From Eledone cirrhosa (taxonomy: Eukaryota), in assembly GCA_964016885.1 (NCBI GenBank), contig OZ024740.1, positions 117,862,001 through 117,926,000 on the forward strand: a DNA stretch of 64,000 nucleotides, in the 5' to 3' direction. The position numbers and the translations under genes are program-made. The notes beneath the pieces were generated by a model, which ran no database searches, was not told where the DNA came from, and was given only the letters and a program-made list of their open reading frames with translations. Of this stretch, positions 26,962-39,671 are shown piece after piece (position 1 is the first letter of the stretch; every line of letters starts with the position of its first letter).

Positions 26962-27682
26962 AGAAAAATGACTATGTTCGCATTTCAATCTTTTATTACC
27001 TTTTTCTTTTATTACCTTATAAGTTATTTTCAGTTAGTGTGTAATAACACATTTCCTTCATCAAAAATTCAATCGAATTATCTAGACTTTTGCAAGTGAG
27101 AGAGAGAGAGAGAGAGAGAGAACGTTTGTTTTTGAGTGTGGAACGGTCAAACATTTATTTACTTCAATGACAAAGAGAACTTTTACATTTCATAAGGAAC
27201 AACAATTATTCAAAAGCAACAGATAAATTTATTCAACAACAAACAAAATAGCGATAAATCTTTTTTAAAACATCTCTCAACGAACGTGGAAGAAAGAAGT
27301 ATCAGTTTATTTACACAATAATATTCTCTATGAGGTCACTAAACCTGCTAGAAGCAGCAGCTAACTCTCCCCCATATCACACCCCTCCCTACTGTCTTAA
27401 ATTTAGAAAACACACATTAAACAATCATGCAGAACAACTCCATCGCAGCTCTGTTGTTCGGCTGGCATCGTCTACGCGCGTGTTGCGCAAGTACTGTGAA
27501 ACAATAAATTTCAACGCTTCTTTGCACAGAGATAATATCCATAGGCGAAACTACAATTTTCACTGTTGGCGCAGCTCTTGCTTCGGCAGTCCAGGTCTGC
27601 AATTCATTCACCCAGTGCCTGTAAGACAAACAAGTGCTGCCATAAAATGGGTGGTGCAACCTAACTTTGGTAACTTACTGAC

Positions 27683-27710
27683 CCCGAGCAACGCCGGGCT
27701 TTAATGCTAG
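27683..27710 (+). mobile_element. Helitron-type 3' terminus
   Basis: GC hairpin cccgagcaacgccggg followed 8 nt later by CTAG|T; 5' end not identified. Confidence 0.55.
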
Positions 27711-27728
27711 TATATATATCTATATATA

Positions 27729-27804
<76 letters not shown>

Positions 27805-27855
27805 CATGCATATTTATATTCAGAAATATATATGTGTGCGTGCACGTGTGCGCGC

Positions 27856-27894
<39 letters not shown>

Positions 27895-30288
27895 ATACAC
27901 AGTGTAAAATATTGATTGGGTTTTCTGTTCATGCAAGAATATTTATAAATATACATACATATATTCAATTGCTTTTTCATATGATTTTCGCCCACTGACC
28001 GATTTTCTGATTAAATAGTTATAATTTCTTGCATCGATTTCTTGTAAGTAAAGAAAATAGGGACTGGTGAGTTTGTGTAAGTTAAATGGCCGTGCAAATT
28101 TCTTAGTGAATTTTTGAGATTATTGATTCTTTTCACCGGAGGCAGTTAACAAAGAAGAATCAATTTCAATGAATTTCTTCGTTGTTGGCAGAACTGACTT
28201 TGTGAACTACCACCTCTTTACTGCTGCACTGACGATCACTCAGCGACAACGATAACAACTATCTCTTGCGAGTAGGAGGGAAAAGTCAATTATATCTACC
28301 CCAGTACTTGACTGGCACTTTATTTTATCGACTTCGGAAAGATGAAAGACACAGTTGACCTCGTCAGGATTTGAACTCCAAATTTGAAGAGATCAGGAAT
28401 TCTGGTAATTCACAGCTTTAAATGGCTTGTAATTTAGGCACAAGGCTAGCAATTTGGGGGGCGGTAGGAAATCCCAGTATTTGACTGCTACTTTATTTTA
28501 TCGACTCTGGGATTCGAATTCACAATATAAAGAACCAGAAATAATGCCATTAAGCATCTTCCTTGCTGTTATAATGATTCACCCAATCTACTACCCTCAA
28601 CCACAACCATCATTATCACTAATATGTCACCAGCACATCCAAATCAATACCACTGTCGCCACTACCACTCAGGATCAGTATTACCATCAAGAACAACTAG
28701 ACATTCACCTAGGGCGCATACCTGAACCTTTAAGGATCAGTTTTATATAAATTTGTATAAATAAATTGGATATATAAACATTTCCTGCGATCAATAAATA
28801 AATCGCTAAATATTTGCTGCCTTTCAGCGTTGTAGTAATATCCAGAGTGGTTGAGCGGTTCGTACGGTGTTATAATTTATCACATGATTTGGCATAGGCT
28901 TGTGTGGACTGCGTAGAGGAAAGTGCACGTTTAGTAATTTTCTTAACAGAAATACCAAAAACAAGGTTCATAATCTCATAAAACTATAATTTGAAACCCT
29001 TTTATTTTTGGAGTATTGAGCGCAAATTCTAGGGCTAGCTTAGGGCACTAAATATCCACGCGCCCGCTCCACCACATCCACTTTCAACACTACGACAAAC
29101 ATGGGTTTATAAAGCAGCTTCGATGTGGGTGATCAACCTGTTAGAAATAATCGTCAAATCTCACTCAATACGCACTCAACTGTTTTTAAATCATTAAAAC
29201 AACATTGAGTTTATATAGTCTGGCATATGCTGTTTGTAAAGGCAAAGAAGTCAAGGCTAGAATACAAATTAATGTTTAATAGTCTGTTAGACTAAGGTAC
29301 AAGTTAACGATCATGGCTCTCCATCATTGTACTGACTCTAACTATCTGGATTGTGGTTATCGCCATCTCTATAGCCAAAGATTTCACTGAAGTCCTCATT
29401 CACACCTTTAGTTTAATTCCGTAAATAAATTTAATTGATGATTGTAAACTGGATACATAAATCAGTGATTTCACGTGAGCCAATAACACACTCGACACCA
29501 CCATTAATTTTTAAGTGTGAATAAAACCTGTTGTTACTGTTGTTGTTTAGTCCCAAGTCATAACCCAAATTTTACAGATGTGACCAACCAATATAATTTT
29601 TAAACATCGTTTCTAGGACCACATTATCCAATATCTCCATTGAGTTTTAAGATGGCTGGTTGTCGTTTGTGGCTGATATTTTCTGCCGCTTGAGTGACAA
29701 CATAGAGGTTCCTGCATTGGCTTGGAAAGAAAAATTCTTCCCAAGACTTTGAACTGTTCATAGAGTCTTAGGGGCACCGTTGCAATATACGGCTTGTCTT
29801 GTGTATTTAAACCTACTGGAGTCCATCCTTCTCTAGATCCGGACCTAGCCGGTTTCTTACAGAGAAATTGAGGGGAGTGACAGAGAAAGTGAGATAGAGA
29901 AAGAATCGAAACCAATGCAGTGCTGGTATTGATTTATCAAACTCGAAAAGATGAAGGCAAATATGATCCCTGTGAGATTGGAACTGAGAGGGCAGAAGGT
30001 GGGAAGAAATACTACAGAACATTGTATTTAACATTCTAACAACTTTGCCGATTCGCCACCTTAATAAAAAAAATCTTTAATATATGGTAAAGTAATAAAA
30101 TCTGAAGAAACTACTAATGTCGGAAAATAGGAATAGAAATAATTCAGTGAAATATGTTTTCGCCGCAAGGAAGAAGTGAAATAGTCTAAAGTTTCAGCCA
30201 GAAATCTTTGTCAGAGAAATGTGAAATATCAACGGGTGTTGAATGATATATAGATTGCAATTATTGTATAATTGTGTGTGTGTGAGGT

Positions 30289-30292
<4 letters not shown>

Positions 30293-30365
<73 letters not shown>
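30293..30365. repeat. (GA)n microsatellite
   Basis: Read directly; a similar tract lies at 37936-38036. Confidence 0.95.
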
Positions 30366-30370
<5 letters not shown>

Positions 30371-31187
30371 GGTGAGAGAGAAAGAAAGAAAGGGAGAGCG
30401 AGGGCGAGAGAGAAAGAAAGATAGATATATATAGAGAGAGAGAAAAAAAGAAAGAGAGGGAGAATGAGAAACTGATGGGGAGGTATAGGATGTTTTGGGG
30501 AAATGCAACGGTCAGAGAAACGCCAACAGATTTGAAAAATGCAAAGGACAATATAAAGAGTCAGTAACAAAGTAACACTGTTTAGAAATATAAATATACG
30601 TCAGCATTGTATTCACTTGTCATTATGGCCATTACTCCCCCCCCCCCCTCTCCACCAGACGTTTCTTTTTTCTTTTCAAATCTGCATTTCCTTTATTTCC
30701 TCATTGCTCTGGCTGTTGCCCTCCTGCCCTTACAGTTGTAACATTGCCTTTTACTCCACCTCCTACATTTCCTTTCCCTCGCCCTCTCACCCATCCGAAA
30801 TTAATGATATTTCAGTCCTAGTTCATATTTTTTCTTTATTCCCCTACAAAAGTTCTTCCCGAAATGTTAGACTTTTCCTCACCACACACAGTATATTCTA
30901 CTGTTTAATATATGGTGAAATGGTGAATGATGAAACAATGCAAATATGCTCTATTGGCCAACACAAGTTATTAAATGAATCTTAAAATCAGGATGATTTC
31001 CACGCTGGAAAATCACAAGTATGTTTCGTCTTACATATTGTTTATATGGGTATTATTAAGAAGCGATCTCATTTGAAGTAACTGAACATATTTGGTCCGC
31101 CTCTAAGCATTCATTACATATATAGACATTAGGATTCTTTAGATTTAGGTTTAAAGTTAGAGTTAAGGTTAAGGGTTAGTCGAATGA

Positions 31188-31350
31188 AGGTGTGTGACTT
31201 AGTGCTTAGCGTTTGATTCCGGGATCGGGCGATGCGTTATGTCCTTGAGCAAGACACTTTATTTCACGTTGATCTTTCTGCCAGAATTTGCGACCAGTAG
31301 ATCATATCAGCAACGGAAAGACAAGTGGCAACATTGTTTCCTTGGTTCTA
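31188..31350 (+). mobile_element. CORE-like tRNA SINE, decayed
   Basis: Similar to 10344-10540 (ggcgatgcgttatgtccttgagcaagacactttatttcacgttg). Confidence 0.7.
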
Positions 31351-31510
31351 TTTAATGAGTTCCATCTCACACGGTAAGCGATTGAGATCTGGGATATTGT
31401 CGATGGGGGCCTTCCTTCCAGAAGTAATTTCTCTTTGAAATAAATTTATATCCACTCTACAAATGTATTATGATATCTGTGACTTCATCCTATTTCCCTT
31501 CAGATAACCA

Positions 31511-31566
<56 letters not shown>

Positions 31567-31573
<7 letters not shown>

Positions 31574-31884
31574 ACCAAAGAAGCCTTCAATACATCAAAA
31601 GTCTTTATTAGCCAACAATGTTTCGTCCTATTAAGGACTCATCAGGGCAATTAAAGCTATAAGAAGCACTATCGGCCAATACAAGCCAAAAACTCAATTG
31701 CCCTTATGAGTCCTTAATAGGACGAAACATTGTTGGCTAATAAAGACTTTTGATGTATTGAAGGCTTCTTTGGTTTATTTTCATAATTTTTCGGCTCTGT
31801 TTAATTACATTGAGCTATACTTTTACTGTCATTTCTATAATACGAAGAGGGTGTTTAACTCCAACACACTCTAGTATTTTAATT

Positions 31885-31885
<1 letters not shown>
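31567..31885. mobile_element. Fold-back mini-element with two divergent hammerheads, between (TA)n
   Basis: 31567-31652 is the reverse complement of 31696-31781. Confidence 0.85.
31608..31652 (-). ncRNA. Minimal type I hammerhead ribozyme (the plus-strand mirror copy at 31696-31740 has core CTTATGA)
   Basis: Reverse complement: ttgcc-CTGATGA-gtcct taat aggac-GAAA-cattg-TT-ggctaa. Confidence 0.8.
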
Positions 31886-31972
<87 letters not shown>

Positions 31973-32066
31973 ATGAAATATCTATGATCGTCGGCAAATC
32001 ACTGATGAGGGACTCATTTTATTACTTGTTATCCATGCGCTACCTGCAGTATTTTTCTCCATATTT

Positions 32067-32105
<39 letters not shown>

Positions 32106-32273
32106 TATATATATATAAGTATTGAAGTTTCCGTTGAAAAATTGAAAAAGTCAGCGGAATGACGAGTGCTCTATGTTTGTCTGATGAACGAATGCGGACG
32201 TTTCTTGTATTCGTCTTATTCGGGAAAGCTCTGGTAATGAGGTAATTATACTGTATTGTTTATTATACATTAA

Positions 32274-32307
<34 letters not shown>

Positions 32308-32749
32308 GTACCTGTGCGTGTGTGTGTGCGAGCGCGCGTGTGTGCGTGTTTGAGGTGTGCGTGTGTGTGTGTGTGTGTGACTGGTTTTCTCACAGGTTTC
32401 ACTAATAAATTTAACCTAATAAAATATTGATATAGTAAAAGACACTTACCCAATGTACCACAGAGTTGTAACGAAATTCGTTCCAAAGCATTGCATGGTG
32501 ACATTCTTAACCACACTACACTGCCAGCGCCTAAAAACCTACATAGAAAGCCCAAGTACAACAAAAACAACACTCAAACAATATGTCATTAATTGATATT
32601 AATATGTATGATATATATTTCTGAAGAAATCGAAAAATTGAAGACAGGATTACATTGGAGACCTTATCAATTATCTATCCCCAGGTGTCATCTAGAGTAA
32701 TCTGTAAAGCTGTGTACACGACAATCGATAGGTATCTAGTGCGATTTGA

Positions 32750-33050
32750 AGGCGTCTGTCTTAGTAGTTAACGTGTTTGACTCATAATCGTATGGTTTTA
32801 AGTTTGATTCCTGTCGGTGTGTTCTGTACCTAAGCGAGAAACCTTATTATATTGTTTGAGTCCACCCTGCTGCAAAAATGAATTGTACCTATAATTCAAA
32901 GAGCCAACATTGACATACAGTGTCATGCACAATCTACATTAAAATTAAACGTGTCAGGGGGTTGCTCAGCCACTTACACCTTAAATTCACGAGCTGGCTA
33001 TATCATTATTAGAACAACTGGAACACTCTGCGTCGGAACTGACGGAGGTC
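32750..33050 (+). mobile_element. CORE-like tRNA SINE, decayed
   Basis: Degenerate A/B boxes and CORE-like segment similar to 10344. Confidence 0.55.
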
Positions 33051-33728
33051 CAAAGAAATATAGCGAAAGACTCGTCCAAAGATACACGATATTGGCACAG
33101 ACTGTTTGTTGGATGTAACAAACAAAAGTATAAAAAGCATCAACGTATAATACAAAACTCATTACTCAAACAGATGGTCATCCTTCAAATGTGCATACAA
33201 CGAGGAAGGGGGATACAAAAAAAAAAATTCAATCAAAAAAAAATAAAACTACTAGTATCTATCTTTCAAAACAATATACATAATTATGTACATACAGATA
33301 TATCTATATCTATACACACACACGCACACATATATATATATATATATGCCTGTGGAAAAGTAAGGCTGCAGCAGCCATTTATATACCCTAAAATCAGTTC
33401 GCCAAAGGCACGCCAATGAACTGAACAATAAAAGGAAAGAATGAAAAAATGCATAAAAGCCAAAATAAAGAAGCTCTTTAAGTTTGCCCAGAGGAACAAA
33501 CAAAACTCCTAATCTGACAGAAAAACGAAAACAAAGCATTCTACAAAAAGCTGTAACAAAATATATGATTTCCTTCAAGATGGCTGCATCTCAAAATGGA
33601 GATAATCATGTATATTTTGTTATATTTCTTTTTATTATGAGATAATATCATATATAAACAAGGAAAATATAAGTATATCCATCTCGATATCTTCGTCTCT
33701 CTTCTTTTTTCATCCAACATTCTCTTGC

Positions 33729-33798
<70 letters not shown>

Positions 33799-33918
33799 AT
33801 ATATATTTATATATTTATATATATATATATATGTACACACACACACACATATATATGTACATACATATACATACATATACATACTTATATATACATACAT
33901 ATATATACATATATATAG

Positions 33919-33962
<44 letters not shown>

Positions 33963-33993
33963 CATAATATCTATATATCTATATATATAATAT

Positions 33994-34037
<44 letters not shown>

Positions 34038-34039
34038 AT

Positions 34040-34130
<91 letters not shown>

Positions 34131-34699
34131 TAGATAGATATGTATATATATATACATAATATACATAATATATATATCTATATATAATATATATATATAT
34201 AATTTATTTATGTATATATATATATATACGTATATAGGATACATTGGGATTACTAGATATAAACACGTAATGACGTAAAACCTTATAGATACTAATATGA
34301 GCAACCGTAAACTTGCTCTCATATGCAACAACATAAGTACGAACAAACACCTACACACGTAAACACACAAACACATAAACACGCTGACACAACCAAAAAC
34401 AACTACCTCCGCATATCACGATGACTGCATGTTTGTCACGTTGAAGTGATGTGCATCAATCAATCTAAACAGGGGGATTAACCAGCGAGATAGAAACTAA
34501 CAAACGTTATATTTAAAATATACCTTATATAAAATACATAATAATATAATACAAAATATGATCATCTTGTTATAGAAGGGAGGTACTCGCTTTGCAATGA
34601 CAATGTAGAAAATGTATATAACTATCGATATATATATATACCACAACAAATAGATGACGAGACAGAGGCACAGTTCACCATAGCTAGAAATAAGATTAG

Positions 34700-36948
34700 A
34701 CAAATAGTAGACAGGTATACTAAGAGACAGAGCAGACCAGAGGCCCAACAACTTGGGAGAAAACCTGTAGAAGGCTTGGTTAGCCTCAAGCAGCGCATAA
34801 GGGATGGTGAGGTAGTATGTCTACCCATGGATAAGTCTGGTAGGATGTCAATAGATAGCATGCCGAACTACATCAAGGCTATGCAACCCACATCACCAAC
34901 ACCAGCGAAATTGCACAACAAACACACGATGGGAGAGAGAAAATCCTCAACGCTCACATGATGATGTGGACTGACATCCTAAAGCCAAGCAGACGCACTG
35001 CCAACAACTTCCAGGCGTCTAACAATGGCATACCACCATTCTATGGGCTCCGCAAAGACCACAAGACAGTCGACGACCCGACAACAGGACCACCAACAAG
35101 ACCCATATGCGGAGCTAATATAGCTAGTAACTACAGGATCTCCTACTTCCTCTCAATGGTTATACGCCCCATAATCAAGATGTCCCCAGATGTATGTGAC
35201 AGTACAGAGGACCTCCTCAGCAGAATCAGTGAGTGCAACAAAAACAGGAACCTATCCAACTGCATAATAGGCAGCATGGATGTGGTGTCACTGTACCCAT
35301 CCATTAACATTGATTTTGCTGTGAAAAGATGTGTGGAGATGATCATTGAGAGTGAGGTGGAGTTCTGCGACGTCGACACAGACGAACTGGGCCTCCTACT
35401 TAGACTTACCTACGACACTGACTACCTAGACAGCCATGACCTTAGACGTTTCTGCCCTAGTAGACCTATAAGAGGTAGACCCCCCACCATAACCTCAATG
35501 GCAAAAAAGACTCCCATGGGAAGGTGGATTGGGTGGACCAAAGCTATACGGACCCCCAAAAACAATGATCAGGTAAGAAAAATGGTCGCACATGCAATAG
35601 GGGCTAGTATCAAAACTACCCTAAAGGGCCACATATTTAAGTTCAACGAGAAGTCTACACCCAAAATGAGGGAGCAGCCATCGGCGTCAGCATAGCTGGT
35701 GATGTTGCCAACCTTTTCATGGTATGGTGGGAAAGGAGACTTGAAGTTCTGCTTAATGAGAGCTCCATAGACCTCATCATGTACTCTCGTTATGTAGACG
35801 ATATCAATATAGTTATAAGAACACCCCCACTAGAGAACACTAACAAGTTTGATTTAGAACGTAGCACGATGGAAAGCATCCAGCAGATAGCTAATTCCAT
35901 ACACCAGAGTATAACTGTAACTATTGACTTCCCTTCCAAACACCCTAACAATAGACTACCTGTATTAGACACAGAACTCTGGATTAACACTATAGACGAG
36001 AGAGCCCAAATTCTCCACTCACACTATGCTAAACCCATGGCCTCCAAATACCTGATACTCAAAAACTCAGCAATGTCCAGTAGTGCTAAGTTTAATATTC
36101 TGATCGCAGATTTGGTACGAGTGATGAAGAATGTGTCCCGCATGTGCGACCCAACAGAAATGGAAAGACACATCCAACACTTCATCAACCGCATGCAGTT
36201 CTCTGGCCACAACCAAAGAGACAGAGTCAGAGTATACGAAGGAGCCATGGAGAAGTATAAGACCCTCATAGAACTGGACATGAAAGGAAATTGCCCATTA
36301 TACAGGAGCAAATCATGGAATATCTTAGATAGGGCTAGACATAAGATAGGGAAAGCCACCTCATGGTACGACAACCAGAGATACCAGAGTGTCATGTTTG
36401 TGGACGCTACCCCTGGAGGGAAATTAGCTAATCAGTGTAGAAAGGCCCTGAGAAAGACCCACTTAAAAATAAAGGTGGTAGAAAAGCCAGGAACCACCAT
36501 CAAATCCCTGATCAGCAAAACCTACCCTTTTAAGAAAACCCACTGTACCAATAGGAAATGTATCATATGTAAGGTGAACCCCCGGATAAACTGTAAAACT
36601 AGAAACGTAGTCTATAGCATAAGATGTACAGAGGGTACTTGCAGAAACATGACAACAACATACATAGGTGAGACAGCTCGTAGCATAGGTGAAAGGATAG
36701 ACCAACACTGGGGGGAACTAAAAGGACGAAAAAACGGGTCAGTACTATACGAACATGCTATACAACAACATGACGGTAACATAGACAACATAGAAATTAG
36801 AATAATATCTAAACATAGAAATGACCCAGCAGATAGGCAAATCAGAGAGGCCAGTGAAATAGAAATTAGAAGACCAAGACTAAACAGAAAGAATGAATGG
36901 AATATCAACAACACCCAAACAAACAACACTGACCTAAGAGAAGTATAA
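34700..36948 (+). pseudogene. PLE reverse transcriptase / GIY-YIG endonuclease ORF with ~2 frameshifts
   Basis: ORFs 34776-34961, 34958-35695 and 35719-36948. Motif B (QNEGAAIGVSIAGDVANLFM) is restored by a frameshift near 35655. Confidence 0.88.
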
Positions 36949-37184
36949 ATAAGTAAATAAAATAAAATAAATAAATAAATAAATACATACACAAGCACAA
37001 TAACAACAAGCACATAAACACACACTAGTCACCCATCACACAGCAAACAAAACACTATGCACACACGCAAACGCATGCGCAAAGAAGACAAAATAAAATA
37101 AACAAACAAGCAAATAAATAAATAAATATATAGACAGACTGAATATAAATGGCGTAGACATACAATACAACAGGAGGAAAATAT

Positions 37185-37230
37185 AGCACCACTGACGATG
37201 TTGCAGATGTGCAACGAAAGATTTATGATA
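37185..37230 (+). ncRNA. Hammerhead-like core in the PLE 3' region (atypical stems I/III)
   Basis: gcacca-CTGACGA-tgttgca gatg tgcaac-GAAA-gattta. Copies at ~25302-25345 (CTGGCGA) and ~57122-57160 (-). Confidence 0.5.
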
Positions 37231-37584
37231 AACTATATATATGTGTTTGTGTCTATATTGTATCTGTATTATTTTTGACCGTCGGTCAGTCAATGGCAAC
37301 ATTGAGGACCGAGTAAGTTAGATTACCGATATAAATGACACAGAAGCGAAAAGCGAAAACCAACCAAACAGTGAGTGTGTTCTGTTATTCATTCTGGCAA
37401 TATTACACAAATATGACCCTCCCCAAGTATAACAATATTTGTTTCGACACACGATTTCATATAAAAAACCTCGCAAATCTAATTCATCACCGCTATGATA
37501 TATATATAGATAGATTGATATCTATATCTATCTGATTGTATATATATATACAAATACGTACATGCACACACACATGTATACATG

Positions 37585-37641
<57 letters not shown>

Positions 37642-37645
37642 ACAT

Positions 37646-38039
<394 letters not shown>

Positions 38040-39232
38040 GGATTAAAACCTTTCAAAACAAACTTTAAATGGTTAGATTGTAAATTATATTTTCTAAGTA
38101 GTAAAGTTCCATCTTTGTCGCTTGATCTGACTGCCAGATAAAGACTGACTAAACAGAAATTTGAGGTCAGAGCCATTGTTCTCTAAGAAAATAAATTATA
38201 ACTGGCAATAAATTATACTGATTCTAATGACTACTGTTTTTGAATGAAAATATATCCCGAGTCAAAATGTATGTATTGCGATGTATATGTCCTGGTTTTG
38301 AAGATACTGAAGCGTCTGGAAGAAGAAACAATTAATCGAAACTTCGAACATGATAGTCGATACACCATTAATTTCGGCAGGTGTGAGTATTATAATTTAC
38401 TATTTCATAATATGGTTTTATAACCTCCCCCTGCCTACATACATATGTATATATATATAAATTGTACATATAAATATATAACTGTATATACTGAAGACTG
38501 TATAATTTATAGGTAAATAGATTGAGTCTCGACGTTGAGATATTAAGGACTGGACTGTGTGTAATGCGGATGTTTAATTTAACATCTGTAAATATATGTA
38601 GATTATTTTGTTGCTAGTATATTTAGATCGATACATTCATATATTTCAATTAACTCTATCTCAAGATATACAACATATAACACTGGAATTATATATATGA
38701 ATAAGATATGTCATTTTATATATTGCTAGATTTAATTTAATACTTATCACCCTCCCAGTGAACTAGATCATTTTATATTATCAATATACACACATTTATT
38801 CCCCAGGAGATCTGAGCATGCATATATTACACTTAGGCTTGGTTGTTATGCTTGTTCAATCGTTTTTATTTTCTTTTATCAAACAGAGATCTCTGACAGC
38901 GACGGAGAAAATTATCAGAGGAAATAGATAGTTTCCAATATGTTTCAAAAACATTTACTTTAGTGATGTGTTCATACCCCAACATATATATATATATGTA
39001 GAAGTTCTATTTAAATTATTGGGATACAACAAGCAATTATTTTCATAACTGATATAAAGCACTCAACAAATTATTATTATATATATATATATATTAGAAA
39101 GTGAGATTTTTTTTTACAAAATGAAAAATAACCGAGGTGTCCTACACGAGTGAAAGTATAAAGAAAAAAAGATGAAATCGAAAATGCAACTGGAGTCTTA
39201 TTTAAAAAAAATATATATATATTTATTTGGTT

Positions 39233-39270
39233 CCTTTACCGGTTTCGCAGTTCTTCTGCTTTTCAAAAGT
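39233..39270 (-). ncRNA. Minimal hammerhead, U3-A8 core variant
   Basis: Reverse complement: ctt-TTGAAAA-gcag aagaa ctgc-GAAA-ccgg-TA-aagg. Sister copy at 59918-59956(+). Confidence 0.65.
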
Positions 39271-39325
39271 AGAGTTGAGATGGAGGGTCTGTGGTTTTTC
39301 TCACATTTATATATATATAGATATG

Positions 39326-39485
39326 AAAAGAGTTAGGACCCCGACGGCTGATACGAACGCTGTCGAAACGGCCGCAGCTCAGCTGTCGGGGTCCTGACTC
39401 TTTTCCTATTACCCACTCTACAACACTAATTATTGAGTACTCTGGTGTGTTATGGTCCACCTTGTATCTTACCATAACCTCTTTG

Positions 39486-39487
<2 letters not shown>
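39326..39487 (+). mobile_element. Family F mini-element with short inverted left arm
   Basis: gaaaagagttaggaccccgacggctga mirrors tcagctgtcggggtcctgactcttttc. Confidence 0.7.
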
Positions 39488-39567
<80 letters not shown>

Positions 39568-39671
39568 ATATATATGTATATATATGTATATAATTATGTA
39601 TCTATATATATATGTATATAATTATGTATCTATATATATATGTATATATATATAGAAATAAATATATATAT

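Larger units (their letters stand above)
34640..37495 (+). mobile_element. Penelope-like element (RT + GIY-YIG), 5'-truncated, between (TA)n
   Basis: FYGLRKDHK, TRPICG, SMDVVSLYPSI, YSRYVDD and LPVLDTEL motifs; Cys-rich linker CTNRKCIIC; GIY-YIG VVYSIRC..YIGETARSIGERIDQH..EASEI...LNRKNEW. ~550-bp 3' region shared with other copies. Confidence 0.93.

Noticed and set aside
28800-29915. Possible minus-strand exons (acceptor-like sites near 28910 and 29856; 100-aa ORF)
   Set aside because: No recognisable protein motif and no consistent donor or frame.
31141-31180. Telomere-like ttagg/ttaggg variants
   Set aside because: Only a few degenerate units; insufficient support.
38482-38530. CTGAAGA followed by a hairpin
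   Set aside because: No GAAA, stem III or stem I partner; not called.
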